Assembly (NCBI GenBank): GCA_040388375.1
Contig: JAZKBU010000007.1
Coordinates: 86,403-150,402 of the forward strand
Origin: Bacteroidota bacterium
GTDB lineage: Bacteria > Bacteroidota > Bacteroidia > UKL13-3
DNA length: 64,000 bases
Reading direction: 5' to 3'
Below are positions 27,304 to 37,600 of the stretch, piece after piece (positions within the stretch are counted from its first letter, which is position 1; the number at the start of each line of letters is the position of its first letter). A program made the position numbers and the translations under genes. The notes under the pieces are model-generated. The model saw only the letters and a list, made by a program, of their open reading frames with translations. It was not told the DNA's origin and searched no databases.

Positions 27304-30222
27304 TTATACTACTATATTGACAATTTTGCCTTTTACGAAAATTACTTTTTTTGGTGTTTTGCCTTCTAAGCGTTTTTGTATGGTTTCGTTGGCCAGTACT
27401 GCTGCTTCTACTTCGGCTGCGGTGGCTTGTAAACTAAACTCCATATTATCGCGATGTTTGCCATTGATAGAAATAGGATAGCTGAAGCTGTCTTCTACCA
27501 AATATTCTGCATGGAATACTGGGAATGTGGCATTAACTATACTACCGGTATTACCCAAAGCATGTTGCCATAACTCTTCGGCTATATGGGGTGCATATGG
27601 CGATATACAAATTAATAGATCCTGTAAGATAGCTTGCTTTGAACATTTCAAATCGCTTAGCTCGTTTACCGCGATCATAAAGGTAGAAACAGAAGTATTG
27701 AAAGAGAAATTCTCTACATCTTCGGCTACTTTTTTAATGGTTTTGTGCAAGGCTTTCAATTCTGCTTTGCTCGGTTCTTCCTGCGTTACGATGTTGTTGC
27801 CATCCTGGTAAAACAAACGCCATAGTTTTTTGAGGAAACGGTGTACGCCTTCTATACCATTGGTATTCCATGGTTTACTTTGCTCCAACGGGCCTAAAAA
27901 CATTTCGTACAAACGCAAAGTATCAGCGCCATAATCAGCTACAATATCATCAGGTGTTACTACGTTGAATTTTGACTTAGACATTTTTTCAATTATACTT
28001 TCACACAATATTTTTGAATTTTTATTTGTAATGTAAGTGAAATCATCAAACTCTCCTTGATGAAACCTTTTAAAACTATCAATATTTAATATGGAATCAG
28101 AACCTTCTAATTTATTCTTGCTTGATTCTGATTTAACGTATTCAAATGATATTGTTCCCCAATCAATATTTTTATATTCTGAACTCATGAAATCAAAATT
28201 GATTTTTGCATTTAATGGAGCATTTTGGTAACCATCTCTTGTAACCTCAAATGAAGCTTGTTTCAAATCTGATGAAACAACAATTTTGTATTCTCTATTT
28301 ATATATACAAAATTTGAAACACCAGTTATCATCCCTTGGTTAATCAACTTTTTAGCCGGTTCATCGCAAGGAATCAAACCTAAATCAAATAAAAATTTGG
28401 TCCAGAAACGTACGTATAATAAATGGCCTGTGGCGTGTTCGCTACCACCTAAATACAAATCAACCTGTTGCCAGTAATCAATGGCTTTTTTGCTGGCAAA
28501 CTCGTTCGTATTTTTATTATCCATATAACGTAAAAAATACCAACTGCTGCCTGCCCAACCCGGCATGGTCGACAATTCGTATTCGTACTCGCCTTTGTAT
28601 TTCCAATCGGTGGCTCTACCCAATGGTGGCTCGCCTGTTTCGGTTGGTAAAAACTTATCTATTTTAGGAAGCTCTAAAGGCAATTCATCGTAACTCAATA
28701 CGTACGGAATATTGTTTTTGTAATATACGGGAATAGGCTCGCCCCAATAACGTTGGCGGCCAAATATGGCATCGCGCAGGCGGTAATTGGTTTTGCTTTT
28801 ACCCAAACCACGCGATTCTATTTCGTGTATGGCTTTTTTAATGGCTTCTTTTACGGATAAACCATTTAAGAATTGCGAATTGTATAAGGTTCCTTCTTTG
28901 GTGTCGTAGGCTTCTTGTAAAGACGTTGCATGCAACGTCTCTACGGGTTTGATGACCTGTGTGATGGGTAAATTAAAATGTTTGGCAAAGGCAAAATCGC
29001 GGGTATCGTGCGCGGGAACGGCCATTACTGCACCTGTTCCGTAACCAGCCAATACATAATCAGCCACCCAGATAGGAATTTCCTGACCTGTAAACGGGTG
29101 TATAGCATAAGCACCCGTAAACTCACCTGTTATATTTTTTACATCAGCCTGCCTGTCACGTTCGCTACGGTTGGTAGCCATTTCTACGTAATCCATTACA
29201 TCGCTTTCGTTATCTGCCGCTACCAGCTCTGATAACATTTCGTGCTCGGGAGCAATAGCTAAATAACTAATACCAAAAATAGTATCAGGGCGGGTAGTAA
29301 AAACTTCAATGCTTAAATTGCTGTCCTGTACTTTAAAAGTTAAGCTGGCTCCCTGCGATTTACCTATCCAGTTGCGTTGAGCTTCCTTTAAGCTATCGCT
29401 CCAATCTAATGAGTCTAATCCTTGCAATAAACGCTCAGCATAAGCGGTAATACGCATGCTCCATTGGTTCATCAGCTTACGTTCTACGGGATGTCCGCCA
29501 CGCTCGCTTACGCCATCTTTTATTTCATCGTTGCTTAAAACAGTGCCCAAAGCAGGGCACCAGTTTACATAGGTTTCGCTTAAAAAAGCAATCCTGAAAC
29601 CTAGTAATATTTTCTGTTGTGTTTCGTGGCTGTAAGCTTTCCACTCACTGCTTGTAAAATTACCAAAGTCTAATTCAATACCACCTGTTAGTATACCACT
29701 ATCTATGCTATTAAAACCCTCTTTTTCAAAAATAGCTATCAGGGTTTCAATAGGTTCGGCTTTATCCGTTTTTGGGTTATACCACGAGTTGAATAACTGA
29801 ATAAATATCCATTGTGTCCATTTATAATAATCAGGATTGGAGGTGCGTACTTCCCTGTCCCAATCGTAACTAAAACCCAGCTTACCTAATTGCTCGCGGT
29901 AACGGTTTATGTTTTCTTCGGTGGTAATAGCCGGGTGTTGCCCTGTTTGTATAGCATATTGCTCAGCAGGTAAACCAAAGCTGTCGTAACCCATCGGGTG
30001 CAATACATTAAATCCTTTTAAACGTTTGTAACGCGAAAAAATATCGCTTGCAATATAACCCAGCGGATGCCCTACGTGTAAACCGGCTCCACTTGGGTAC
30101 GGAAACATATCAAGCACATAGTATTTAGGTTTGCTACTGTCTTCCGTTACTTTGTATATGTTGTTATCGGCCCAGTATTGCTGCCAGTTTTTTTCAATGT
30201 CCGTAAAATTATATTCTTTCAT
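27304..30222 (-). CDS. leuS: Leucine--tRNA ligase
   Basis: 972 aa. HVGHPLGY (HIGH); KMSKS encoded at 27973-27987. Editing domain and anticodon-binding C-terminus are recognisable. Confidence 0.98.
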   Translation of the reverse strand: MKEYNFTDIEKNWQQYWADNNIYKVTEDSSKPKYYVLDMFPYPSGAGLHVGHPLGYIASDIFSRYKRLKGFNVLHPMGYDSFGLPAEQYAIQTGQHPAITTEENINRYREQLGKLGFSYDWDREVRTSNPDYYKWTQWIFIQLFNSWYNPKTDKAEPIETLIAIFEKEGFNSIDSGILTGGIELDFGNFTSSEWKAYSHETQQKILLGFRIAFLSETYVNWCPALGTVLSNDEIKDGVSERGGHPVERKLMNQWSMRITAYAERLLQGLDSLDWSDSLKEAQRNWIGKSQGASLTFKVQDSNLSIEVFTTRPDTIFGISYLAIAPEHEMLSELVAADNESDVMDYVEMATNRSERDRQADVKNITGEFTGAYAIHPFTGQEIPIWVADYVLAGYGTGAVMAVPAHDTRDFAFAKHFNLPITQVIKPVETLHATSLQEAYDTKEGTLYNSQFLNGLSVKEAIKKAIHEIESRGLGKSKTNYRLRDAIFGRQRYWGEPIPVYYKNNIPYVLSYDELPLELPKIDKFLPTETGEPPLGRATDWKYKGEYEYELSTMPGWAGSSWYFLRYMDNKNTNEFASKKAIDYWQQVDLYLGGSEHATGHLLYVRFWTKFLFDLGLIPCDEPAKKLINQGMITGVSNFVYINREYKIVVSSDLKQASFEVTRDGYQNAPLNAKINFDFMSSEYKNIDWGTISFEYVKSESSKNKLEGSDSILNIDSFKRFHQGEFDDFTYITNKNSKILCESIIEKMSKSKFNVVTPDDIVADYGADTLRLYEMFLGPLEQSKPWNTNGIEGVHRFLKKLWRLFYQDGNNIVTQEEPSKAELKALHKTIKKVAEDVENFSFNTSVSTFMIAVNELSDLKCSKQAILQDLLICISPYAPHIAEELWQHALGNTGSIVNATFPVFHAEYLVEDSFSYPISINGKHRDNMEFSLQATAAEVEAAVLANETIQKRLEGKTPKKVIFVKGKIVNIVV

Positions 30223-30375
30223 TTTCGTTTTTGTCTGTGTAAAATAGTCTGTTTTTGTACTATTTTTTGAGGTGCGAAAATATAATTAACAACACCTAAA
30301 ACAAAACTGTGGATTGAATTTACTTGATGACTACTATTTATCAATTATTTTCGTCCTATAAAATTTTACATCAAA

Positions 30376-31248
30376 TTGGCTACTCAGTTACAAAAAGTTA
30401 ATAGAAGAAGACGCATATCTTATTTATCATCCATAGTTAGTATTGCTATGGTATTGTTAATGTTAGGCTTGTTTGGTCTTATTTACATTCAATCAACCCA
30501 GTTAAACAGGGTTATTAAAGAAAATGTGGTGGTAAGCATTTATTTAACTGACAATGCGGAGCAAAGCACTATTGATAAAAATATACAGGCTATTAAAAAT
30601 ATGCCTGATGTAAGGGAAGTAAAGTTTATTAGCAAAGATGCAGCCGCAGCCGATTTATCGAAAGAAATGGGGCAGGACATAGTTGGTTTTGCGGGTTATA
30701 ACCCATTACCACCGGCCATTGAAGTAAGTTTAAATGCGGAGAGTGTAAACAGTACTAAAATACAGGAATTGAAAAATGTATTGCTGCAAATGCCCGCTGT
30801 AAGTGAGGTAAAATACAACGAGATTTTATTTGACAATGTAGGAAGCAACTTAGGTGCTGTCAGTTTCATCTTAATTGGGTTGGCAACTATATTTATTATT
30901 ATAGCCTTGGTTTTAATTAACAATACCATCCGCCTACATTTATATGCCCGCAGGTTTTCTATTAAAAGTATGCAACTGGTGGGAGCTACCCATTGGTTTA
31001 TTATAAAACCTTTTGTAGTACGCAGTTTTTTCAATGGTTTGTATGGGGCTTTACTGGCTTTGGTGCTGTTAAATTTAATACTTTGGGTATTGCCTAATTA
31101 TTTACCCTCTATTGAAATATTGTACAATACAGAAAGTTTTGCAATATTGTTTATAGCACTTATACTTGTAGGCATATTGGTAAGTATGTTGAGTAGTTGG
31201 GTAAGCACCAATAAGTATTTAAAAACAAAAATTGAAGATCTTTATTAA
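30376..31248 (+). CDS. ftsX: Cell division protein FtsX-like permease
   Basis: 290 aa, TTG start. N-terminal TM, periplasmic domain, then 3 C-terminal TM helices. Followed by a DUF3098 gene, as is usual in Bacteroidetes. Confidence 0.85.
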   Translation: MATQLQKVNRRRRISYLSSIVSIAMVLLMLGLFGLIYIQSTQLNRVIKENVVVSIYLTDNAEQSTIDKNIQAIKNMPDVREVKFISKDAAAADLSKEMGQDIVGFAGYNPLPPAIEVSLNAESVNSTKIQELKNVLLQMPAVSEVKYNEILFDNVGSNLGAVSFILIGLATIFIIIALVLINNTIRLHLYARRFSIKSMQLVGATHWFIIKPFVVRSFFNGLYGALLALVLLNLILWVLPNYLPSIEILYNTESFAILFIALILVGILVSMLSSWVSTNKYLKTKIEDLY

Positions 31249-31266
31249 ATAGAAAAATAAAAAATT

Positions 31267-31518
31267 ATGAGCGATAAAAAAGTAAACACCAGCAAAACGG
31301 CTGACAAAACTAACAATACTGTACAAGGCGATTTTATTTTCGGAAAACAAAATTACATGCTGATGGCATTGGGTGTTGTAGTTATTATTATTGGTTTTTT
31401 TGTAATGAGTGGTAAAGACGATATTTTTAGTACTACTAAATTAACCGCAGCGCCTATTATTATTTTGTTGGGTTTTGTGATAGAGATATTTGCCATCATG
31501 AAAAAAAATAACGATTAA
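31267..31518 (+). CDS. DUF3098 small membrane protein
   Basis: 83 aa, two TM helices. Conserved position between ftsX and uppP. Confidence 0.75.
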   Translation: MSDKKVNTSKTADKTNNTVQGDFIFGKQNYMLMALGVVVIIIGFFVMSGKDDIFSTTKLTAAPIIILLGFVIEIFAIMKKNND

Positions 31519-31553
31519 TTCTTTTATTAATCGTTACTTTATTTGTAAGCATT

Positions 31554-32354
31554 ATGAGCATTATTGAAGCAGTTATTATTGCTATAGTTGAAGGATTAAC
31601 GGAATATTTGCCCGTGTCGTCAACCGGGCACATGATAATAACTACCGCTATTTTGGGTATTGAACCCGATGATTTTATTAAATTTTTTACGGTAAACATT
31701 CAACTGGGCGCTATACTGGCTGTAGTGGTTTTGTATTTCAAACGTTTTTTCAAATCGTTTGATTTTTACTTTAAGTTGATAGTAGCCTTTATTCCCGCAG
31801 CTGTTTTAGGTATTTTGTTTAGCGATAAAATAGATGAGCTCTTGGAAAGTCCCGCTACCGTTGCCGTTACTTTATTAGTGGGCGGTATTATTTTATTGTT
31901 TGTAGATAAATGGTTTGCTGCCAACGATAGCGAAGGGGTAGAGGAAGTAACTTATAAAAATGCTTTTATCATTGGTTGTTTTCAATGTATTTCCATGATA
32001 CCCGGTGTATCGCGCAGTGCATCAACCATAATAGGTGGTTTAACCCAAAAGCTCACACGCAAAGCTGCGGCTGAGTTTTCTTTCTTTTTAGCAGTACCAA
32101 CCATGTTTGGTGCTACAGCTAAAAAATCGCTGGACTTATACCAGGATAAAGGCCTGGAGTTTTTTACTTCTGAACGATTGATGTTATTGGGCATAGGAAA
32201 TGTAGTGGCTTTTATAGTAGCTTTAGTAGCTATTAAAGCGTTTATTACTTTTTTAACTAAAAACGGATTTAAAGTATTTGGCTGGTACCGAATTATAGTA
32301 GGTGGTATTATACTAATATTATTAGGTGCAGGCTACTCATTAAGTGTGATATAA
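31554..32354 (+). CDS. uppP: Undecaprenyl-diphosphate phosphatase
   Basis: 266 aa. [16 protein letters not shown] and [10 protein letters not shown] signature blocks. Confidence 0.95.
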   Translation: MSIIEAVIIAIVEGLTEYLPVSSTGHMIITTAILGIEPDDFIKFFTVNIQLGAILAVVVLYFKRFFKSFDFYFKLIVAFIPAAVLGILFSDKIDELLESPATVAVTLLVGGIILLFVDKWFAANDSEGVEEVTYKNAFIIGCFQCISMIPGVSRSASTIIGGLTQKLTRKAAAEFSFFLAVPTMFGATAKKSLDLYQDKGLEFFTSERLMLLGIGNVVAFIVALVAIKAFITFLTKNGFKVFGWYRIIVGGIILILLGAGYSLSVI

Positions 32355-32371
32355 ATTAAAACAATAAAACA

Positions 32372-33133
32372 ATGAAGGTAACATTTCTTGGCTCAGGTAC
32401 TTCGCAAGGTGTTCCCATTATTGCTTGCCATTGCCGGGTATGTACTTCAACCAACCAAGCCGATAAACGCTTACGTTCATCTATACTTGTTCAGTACCAC
32501 GATAAGAATATAGTGGTTGATACCGGTCCTGATTTCAGGCAACAAATGCTTACCGTAAAAATAGATAGTTGCCATGCTATTTTATTTACTCATGCGCACC
32601 GCGACCATTTAGCCGGTTTGGATGATATACGTGGCTTTAATTTTGCCATGAAAAAGCCTATTGATATTTACTGTGAACCCATCGTTGATGCAGCCATTCG
32701 CCAGGAGTTTCATTATGCTTTTGAAGAGCCTAAATATCCGGGAGTACCTGAAATGACTATGCACCCGCTGAGTGAGACACCACTTGAACTGTTTGGCAAG
32801 AAAATTATTCCTTTGCGTGTGTGGCACCATAAGCTACCTGTTTTGGGCTTTAAGTTTGATAACTTTGTATACATAACCGATGCCAACAGAATAGACGATG
32901 AGGTAAAGGAAAAAATAAAAGGAGCGGATGTTTTGGTATTAAATGCCTTGAGGCGGGAACCACATATTTCGCATTTTACTTTACAGGAAGCCGTTGATTT
33001 AATAAATGAACTAAAACCAAAGCAAGCTTATTTAACCCATATCAGTCACCAGTTAGGTTTACATGATGAGGTAAACAGTGAATTGCCTAAACATATACAA
33101 TTGGCTTACGATGGCTTGGAATTAAACTTTTAA
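32372..33133 (+). CDS. MBL-fold metallo-hydrolase (PhnP-like)
   Basis: 253 aa. N-terminal Cys cluster GVPIIACHCRVCTS and the HAHRDH motif. Confidence 0.9.
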   Translation: MKVTFLGSGTSQGVPIIACHCRVCTSTNQADKRLRSSILVQYHDKNIVVDTGPDFRQQMLTVKIDSCHAILFTHAHRDHLAGLDDIRGFNFAMKKPIDIYCEPIVDAAIRQEFHYAFEEPKYPGVPEMTMHPLSETPLELFGKKIIPLRVWHHKLPVLGFKFDNFVYITDANRIDDEVKEKIKGADVLVLNALRREPHISHFTLQEAVDLINELKPKQAYLTHISHQLGLHDEVNSELPKHIQLAYDGLELNF

Positions 33134-33142
33134 ATTTAAGGT

Positions 33143-34594
33143 ATGAAGCAGCTTAAATGGATTTACGCGGTGCATGCCTTTTTCTTTATTGCTTTTTGTT
33201 TAGTTTCCTTTGTTAACCATTATTTTTTCAGAACCTATGCGCACGATTTAGGTATAGCCAATCAGGCATTATATGAGTTTGCCCACTTTAAAAATCATTA
33301 TGCTACATTACTGCTAAGACCCGACCCAACGCATTATTTGGGTTTGCATGTAGGTATTTGGGTGCCGCTGCTCAGCCCATTTTATTATGTTTTCGGTTCT
33401 TATACCTTACTGTTATTTCAAAACATAGCCATTGTGTTTTGTGCAATAGGTATTTATAAATATGCGCAAACAAAACAACTTTCAAATGTAATAAGCGCTT
33501 TGATTGTTGTTCAGTTTTACTGCATCTGGAGTTTGTATACAGCCGTTGCCTTTGATTTTCACGATACCGTAATGGCTATTGCCTTTGTGCCTTGGTTGTT
33601 TATGAGTTATGCCCATAAAAAATGGATACCCTTTGCACTTTGCTTTGTGGCTATTTTATTGAGTAAAGAGAACGAATCTATTTGGCTGATTGGTATTTTA
33701 TTGGGTTTAATAGTTAAGCATAAACAATACAGCTTTAAGCAAAATAAAGTGGCTTTGGGTTTTGGCTTCATAGCCATAGCTTGGTTTTGTTTCTGTTCAT
33801 TTCTGTTCATGCCATATTTAAGTCCTACTGGAAATTTTGAGCAGTTAAGCAGGTATTCGCATTTAGGAAATAGTATTGGAGCCATTATTTATACTGCTAT
33901 AAATAATCCGTTATACGTACTCCAACAGTTTTTTGTAAGCAATGCACCCAACGACCCTGATACTATTTATAAAACCACATTTTATGTTACACTGCTGGCA
34001 AGTGGTGCTTTGGCTTTTGTAATCAGGCCCTATTATTTATTGATGATTTTACCATTACTGGCGCAAAAAATGCTAAGCAAAGTGGTTTCGTTCTGGGGCG
34101 TAAACCAACATTATTCCATAGAGTTTGCTCCGCTGTTAACACTGGCTGTTATTGATGTTTTGATTTTATTCAGGCAAACCAAATGGCAGGGGCTTATTAC
34201 GGTAGCACTTATTATTAGCAGCTTTACAGCCACTTACAGTAAAATGTTTAGCGTAAAACATACGTACATAGCAGGGGAGAATTTATTTGAACCAGTACAC
34301 TACCAAAGTCAGGTTGAGTTGAATAAAGTATATGAGGTAATTGATAAAATAGACAATGACATACCTTTATCAGTATCGGCACAACTGGCACCACATTTAT
34401 ACAAAAGAGCTTTGCTGTATCATTTTCCCATAGTACACAATGCCGCAAAAATTGTATTGTTAAAAGGCAATCAAACGGCTACTTACCCTTTGTATCCGCA
34501 AAATTATTTCCATAAACTTGATTCATTAAAACAAAGCAATGACTGGAAAATTGAAATAGAAAACAACGAAATCGTTGTTTTTAAAAGGCCTTAA
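33143..34594 (+). CDS. DUF2079 integral membrane protein (glycosyltransferase-C-like)
   Basis: 483 aa, ~10 TM helices. N-terminal FRTYAHDLGIANQALY matches the DUF2079 signature as I remember it. Confidence 0.8.
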   Translation: MKQLKWIYAVHAFFFIAFCLVSFVNHYFFRTYAHDLGIANQALYEFAHFKNHYATLLLRPDPTHYLGLHVGIWVPLLSPFYYVFGSYTLLLFQNIAIVFCAIGIYKYAQTKQLSNVISALIVVQFYCIWSLYTAVAFDFHDTVMAIAFVPWLFMSYAHKKWIPFALCFVAILLSKENESIWLIGILLGLIVKHKQYSFKQNKVALGFGFIAIAWFCFCSFLFMPYLSPTGNFEQLSRYSHLGNSIGAIIYTAINNPLYVLQQFFVSNAPNDPDTIYKTTFYVTLLASGALAFVIRPYYLLMILPLLAQKMLSKVVSFWGVNQHYSIEFAPLLTLAVIDVLILFRQTKWQGLITVALIISSFTATYSKMFSVKHTYIAGENLFEPVHYQSQVELNKVYEVIDKIDNDIPLSVSAQLAPHLYKRALLYHFPIVHNAAKIVLLKGNQTATYPLYPQNYFHKLDSLKQSNDWKIEIENNEIVVFKRP

Positions 34595-34693
34595 AGGAAC
34601 GGTGCCTTTGTAAAAAAAACCTTAAAATACCCTTTATCGGTAAATATTGCTTAATAGTTTATTAAATTGCAGTTGGTTTAAAACCAAACTGAT

Positions 34694-37600
34694 TTGATAA
34701 ACAATATTTACTTACTCATAAACAACATTAAAAAAACAAAATACCCATTCCAATGGGCTTGGTTGTTTATTATTTTTTTTAAAGTAAATAGTTTATTCGC
34801 TTTTCAAATGCCAACAGGCATTAAGTTTATTGAAAACAAAGGTCAGTGGGAATCGGAAGTGCTTTATAAAGCTGATATTCCTGGAGGACATTTATTTATT
34901 TCAAACAACTGTATTACCTATTATTTGGTTGATAAATTAGCCGTACACGACCACCAACATGGCAAGGGTATAAAATCCGGTAATGCGCAAGTTTATAAAA
35001 TATTTTTTGATGGTAACAATCCTACCTTGGTAACCCACGAAGCCAATTTCCCGAATAAAGAACGCTATAACTTTTACAAAGGGGAGCAATCAAAATGGCG
35101 CAGCGGAGTAAGAGCTTACAATCAGGTTATATTGAAGAATGTTTTTGAAGGGATTGACTTGGAGATAAACAGTTATGGCATGCAGGTTAAAACTACTTTT
35201 ATAGTAAGTCCCAATGCCAACCCTAATGATATTAAACTAAGATACGAAGGTGCTGATGAGTTAAAGTTGATTGATGAAGACATTAACGTAAGCACCTCAT
35301 TAGGCGATATTATAGAAAAGAAACCTGAGTCGTTTCAGCGGTTGGATAAAACCATATTGAAAATATATTCGGCTTACGAATTAAATAAAAATGTAATTAC
35401 CTATAAGTTGGGGGAGTATGAAAAAGGCAGGGAACTGATTATAGACCCTACCTGGATTTTTGGTACTTACGTAGGCTCTCCTGCTGATAATTTTGGCTTT
35501 TGCTCTACCTTTGACAGGTTAGGAAATGCGTATGCAGGCGGAACCGTTTATGGGGCTAATTTTCCCAGAACAGTGGGGCGTTTTCAAGCCAGTTTTCAGG
35601 GTGGTAATAGTGCAGGTAATGAATATGGGCGTGATTGTATCATAGCCAAGTTTAGTCCGGATGGAACCGATATGCTTTGGGCTACCTATTTGGGTGGAAC
35701 CAATAATGAACAACCCCATTCCATGACCACCAATACCATTGGCGATTTATATATTATGGGTTCAACTTACTCCAGTAATTTCCCTGTTTCTACCGTGGCT
35801 TACGATAAAACTTTTAATGGAGCCTGCGATATATTTGTAAGCAAGTTAAGTCAGGATGGAATGGTTTTAATGGCATCGAGTTTTTTAGGAGGTGCCGGAA
35901 AAGATGGTATTACCGGTTTTGAACAAATTGGTTACCCAATCAATAATGGCATATTGTGTTACAATTATGCCGATTGGTATAGAGGTGAAATTATAGCTGA
36001 TCAATTTGGTAGTGTCTACATAGCTAGTGTTACCGAATCAAATTTATTTCCCGTTCCAAATGCTTTTCAGCCGGGTTTTGGTGGTGGAGTAACAGACGGT
36101 GTATTGGCTAAGTTTAACGATAGTTTAAGCAGGTTAAATTTTGCTACTTATGTAGGAGGCTCAGGCGATGATGCTTGTTATGCCCTTATTACAGATCCTT
36201 TATCGAATAATTTATATGTAACCGGTGGAACAACTTCAGCTAATTTACCGGGAACTGCCGCACCATTTACTTACAAAGGTGGTGTGGATGGTTATATTTT
36301 AAAAACAAATACATCAGGCTCAAGCAGTCCGCGTACCGTCTATATTGGAACCAATGTATACGACCAAACTTATTTAATTCAGCAAAATACCGATGGCGAT
36401 GTATTTGCAATTGGCCAAACCGCAGGCAATATACCTGTAACACCGGGCATATACAGTGTGCCGGGAGCCAAGCATTTTATTAAATCGTTTGACAGGGGTT
36501 TAACCACCGAAAAGCTATCGACTATATTTGGTAAACCTGCTGCTTTCCCCAGCTTATCGCCCACTGCTTTTGTAATTGATAAATGTAATAAATTATATTT
36601 TAGTGGATGGGGTGGAACCGTCAATTTATTTAACAATACCGATTTAAGCAATACTGCAGGGTTACCTGTTACGCCAAACGCTTTTCAGAAAACAACCGAT
36701 GGCAGCGATTTTTATTTAATGATATTGGGAGCGGGCTTGAAGGATTTAACCTATGCTTCTTTTTACGGAGGCTCTCAAAGCTCAGAACATGTAGATGGAG
36801 GAACGAGTCATTTTGATAAGAACTTTATTATATACCAAACTGTGTGTGCGGGCTGTTGGGGTAATAGCGATTTCCCAACAACAGGTGATGCATGGAGTAA
36901 TGTAAATCCCGGACGTAATGCTAAATTCAATGCTGCCGGTTGTAATATAGGTGTGTTTAAATTTAATTTAGATGCTTCTATTTATAAACCTGAAGTACGT
37001 GATACTTTGATAGAAATAGATGCCGGTGATACGCTTAATTTATTAATTAATGCCATTGACAAAGACAACGATTCTATTTTGGTAACGGCTACCGGTGCTA
37101 TTTTAGCGCCCGGTACAAATCCGGCTTTGTTTGAAATAGTGAGCAGGAGTAAAGGCTTAACGCAAATGCGACTTAAGTGGGCTACCTTGTGTAAAAACAT
37201 AAGTACCGATACTTTTATAGTTGATTTGGATTTGACAGACGATGCTTGCCCGGTTTCGAAAACAGGTACAGGCAAAATAAAAATATTGGTTAAGTCGCCT
37301 AAATCGGTAACACCATTTCCTGCATGTTTAAGTTCTATAAACGATAATACGGTAAGACTAACCTGGGATAGTGCCACCAGCAAACCGAAACGATTTGGTT
37401 ACTTACAAATTTATAAAAGTGTAAACAACGGACCTTATTCACTCATTGATACTGTTGCTAACTGGCAAGTGAATAAACGCATAGATAACAATGCGCTGAA
37501 CCATAAAATTATTCAAACCAAATACTATTTAGTATCCGTAAATAATTGTGGCACTGTAGGCGACTCAAGCAGGGTAATAGGCAGCGTGTATGAAGGTGAT

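Noticed and set aside
26936-27481. ORFs 26936..27124 and 27278..27481, and likewise 62401..62592 and 63179..63412, as small protein genes.
   Set aside because: They are translations of repeat families A, C and D, or antisense of the 63234 gene. The same peptide-like strings would recur wherever the repeats occur.
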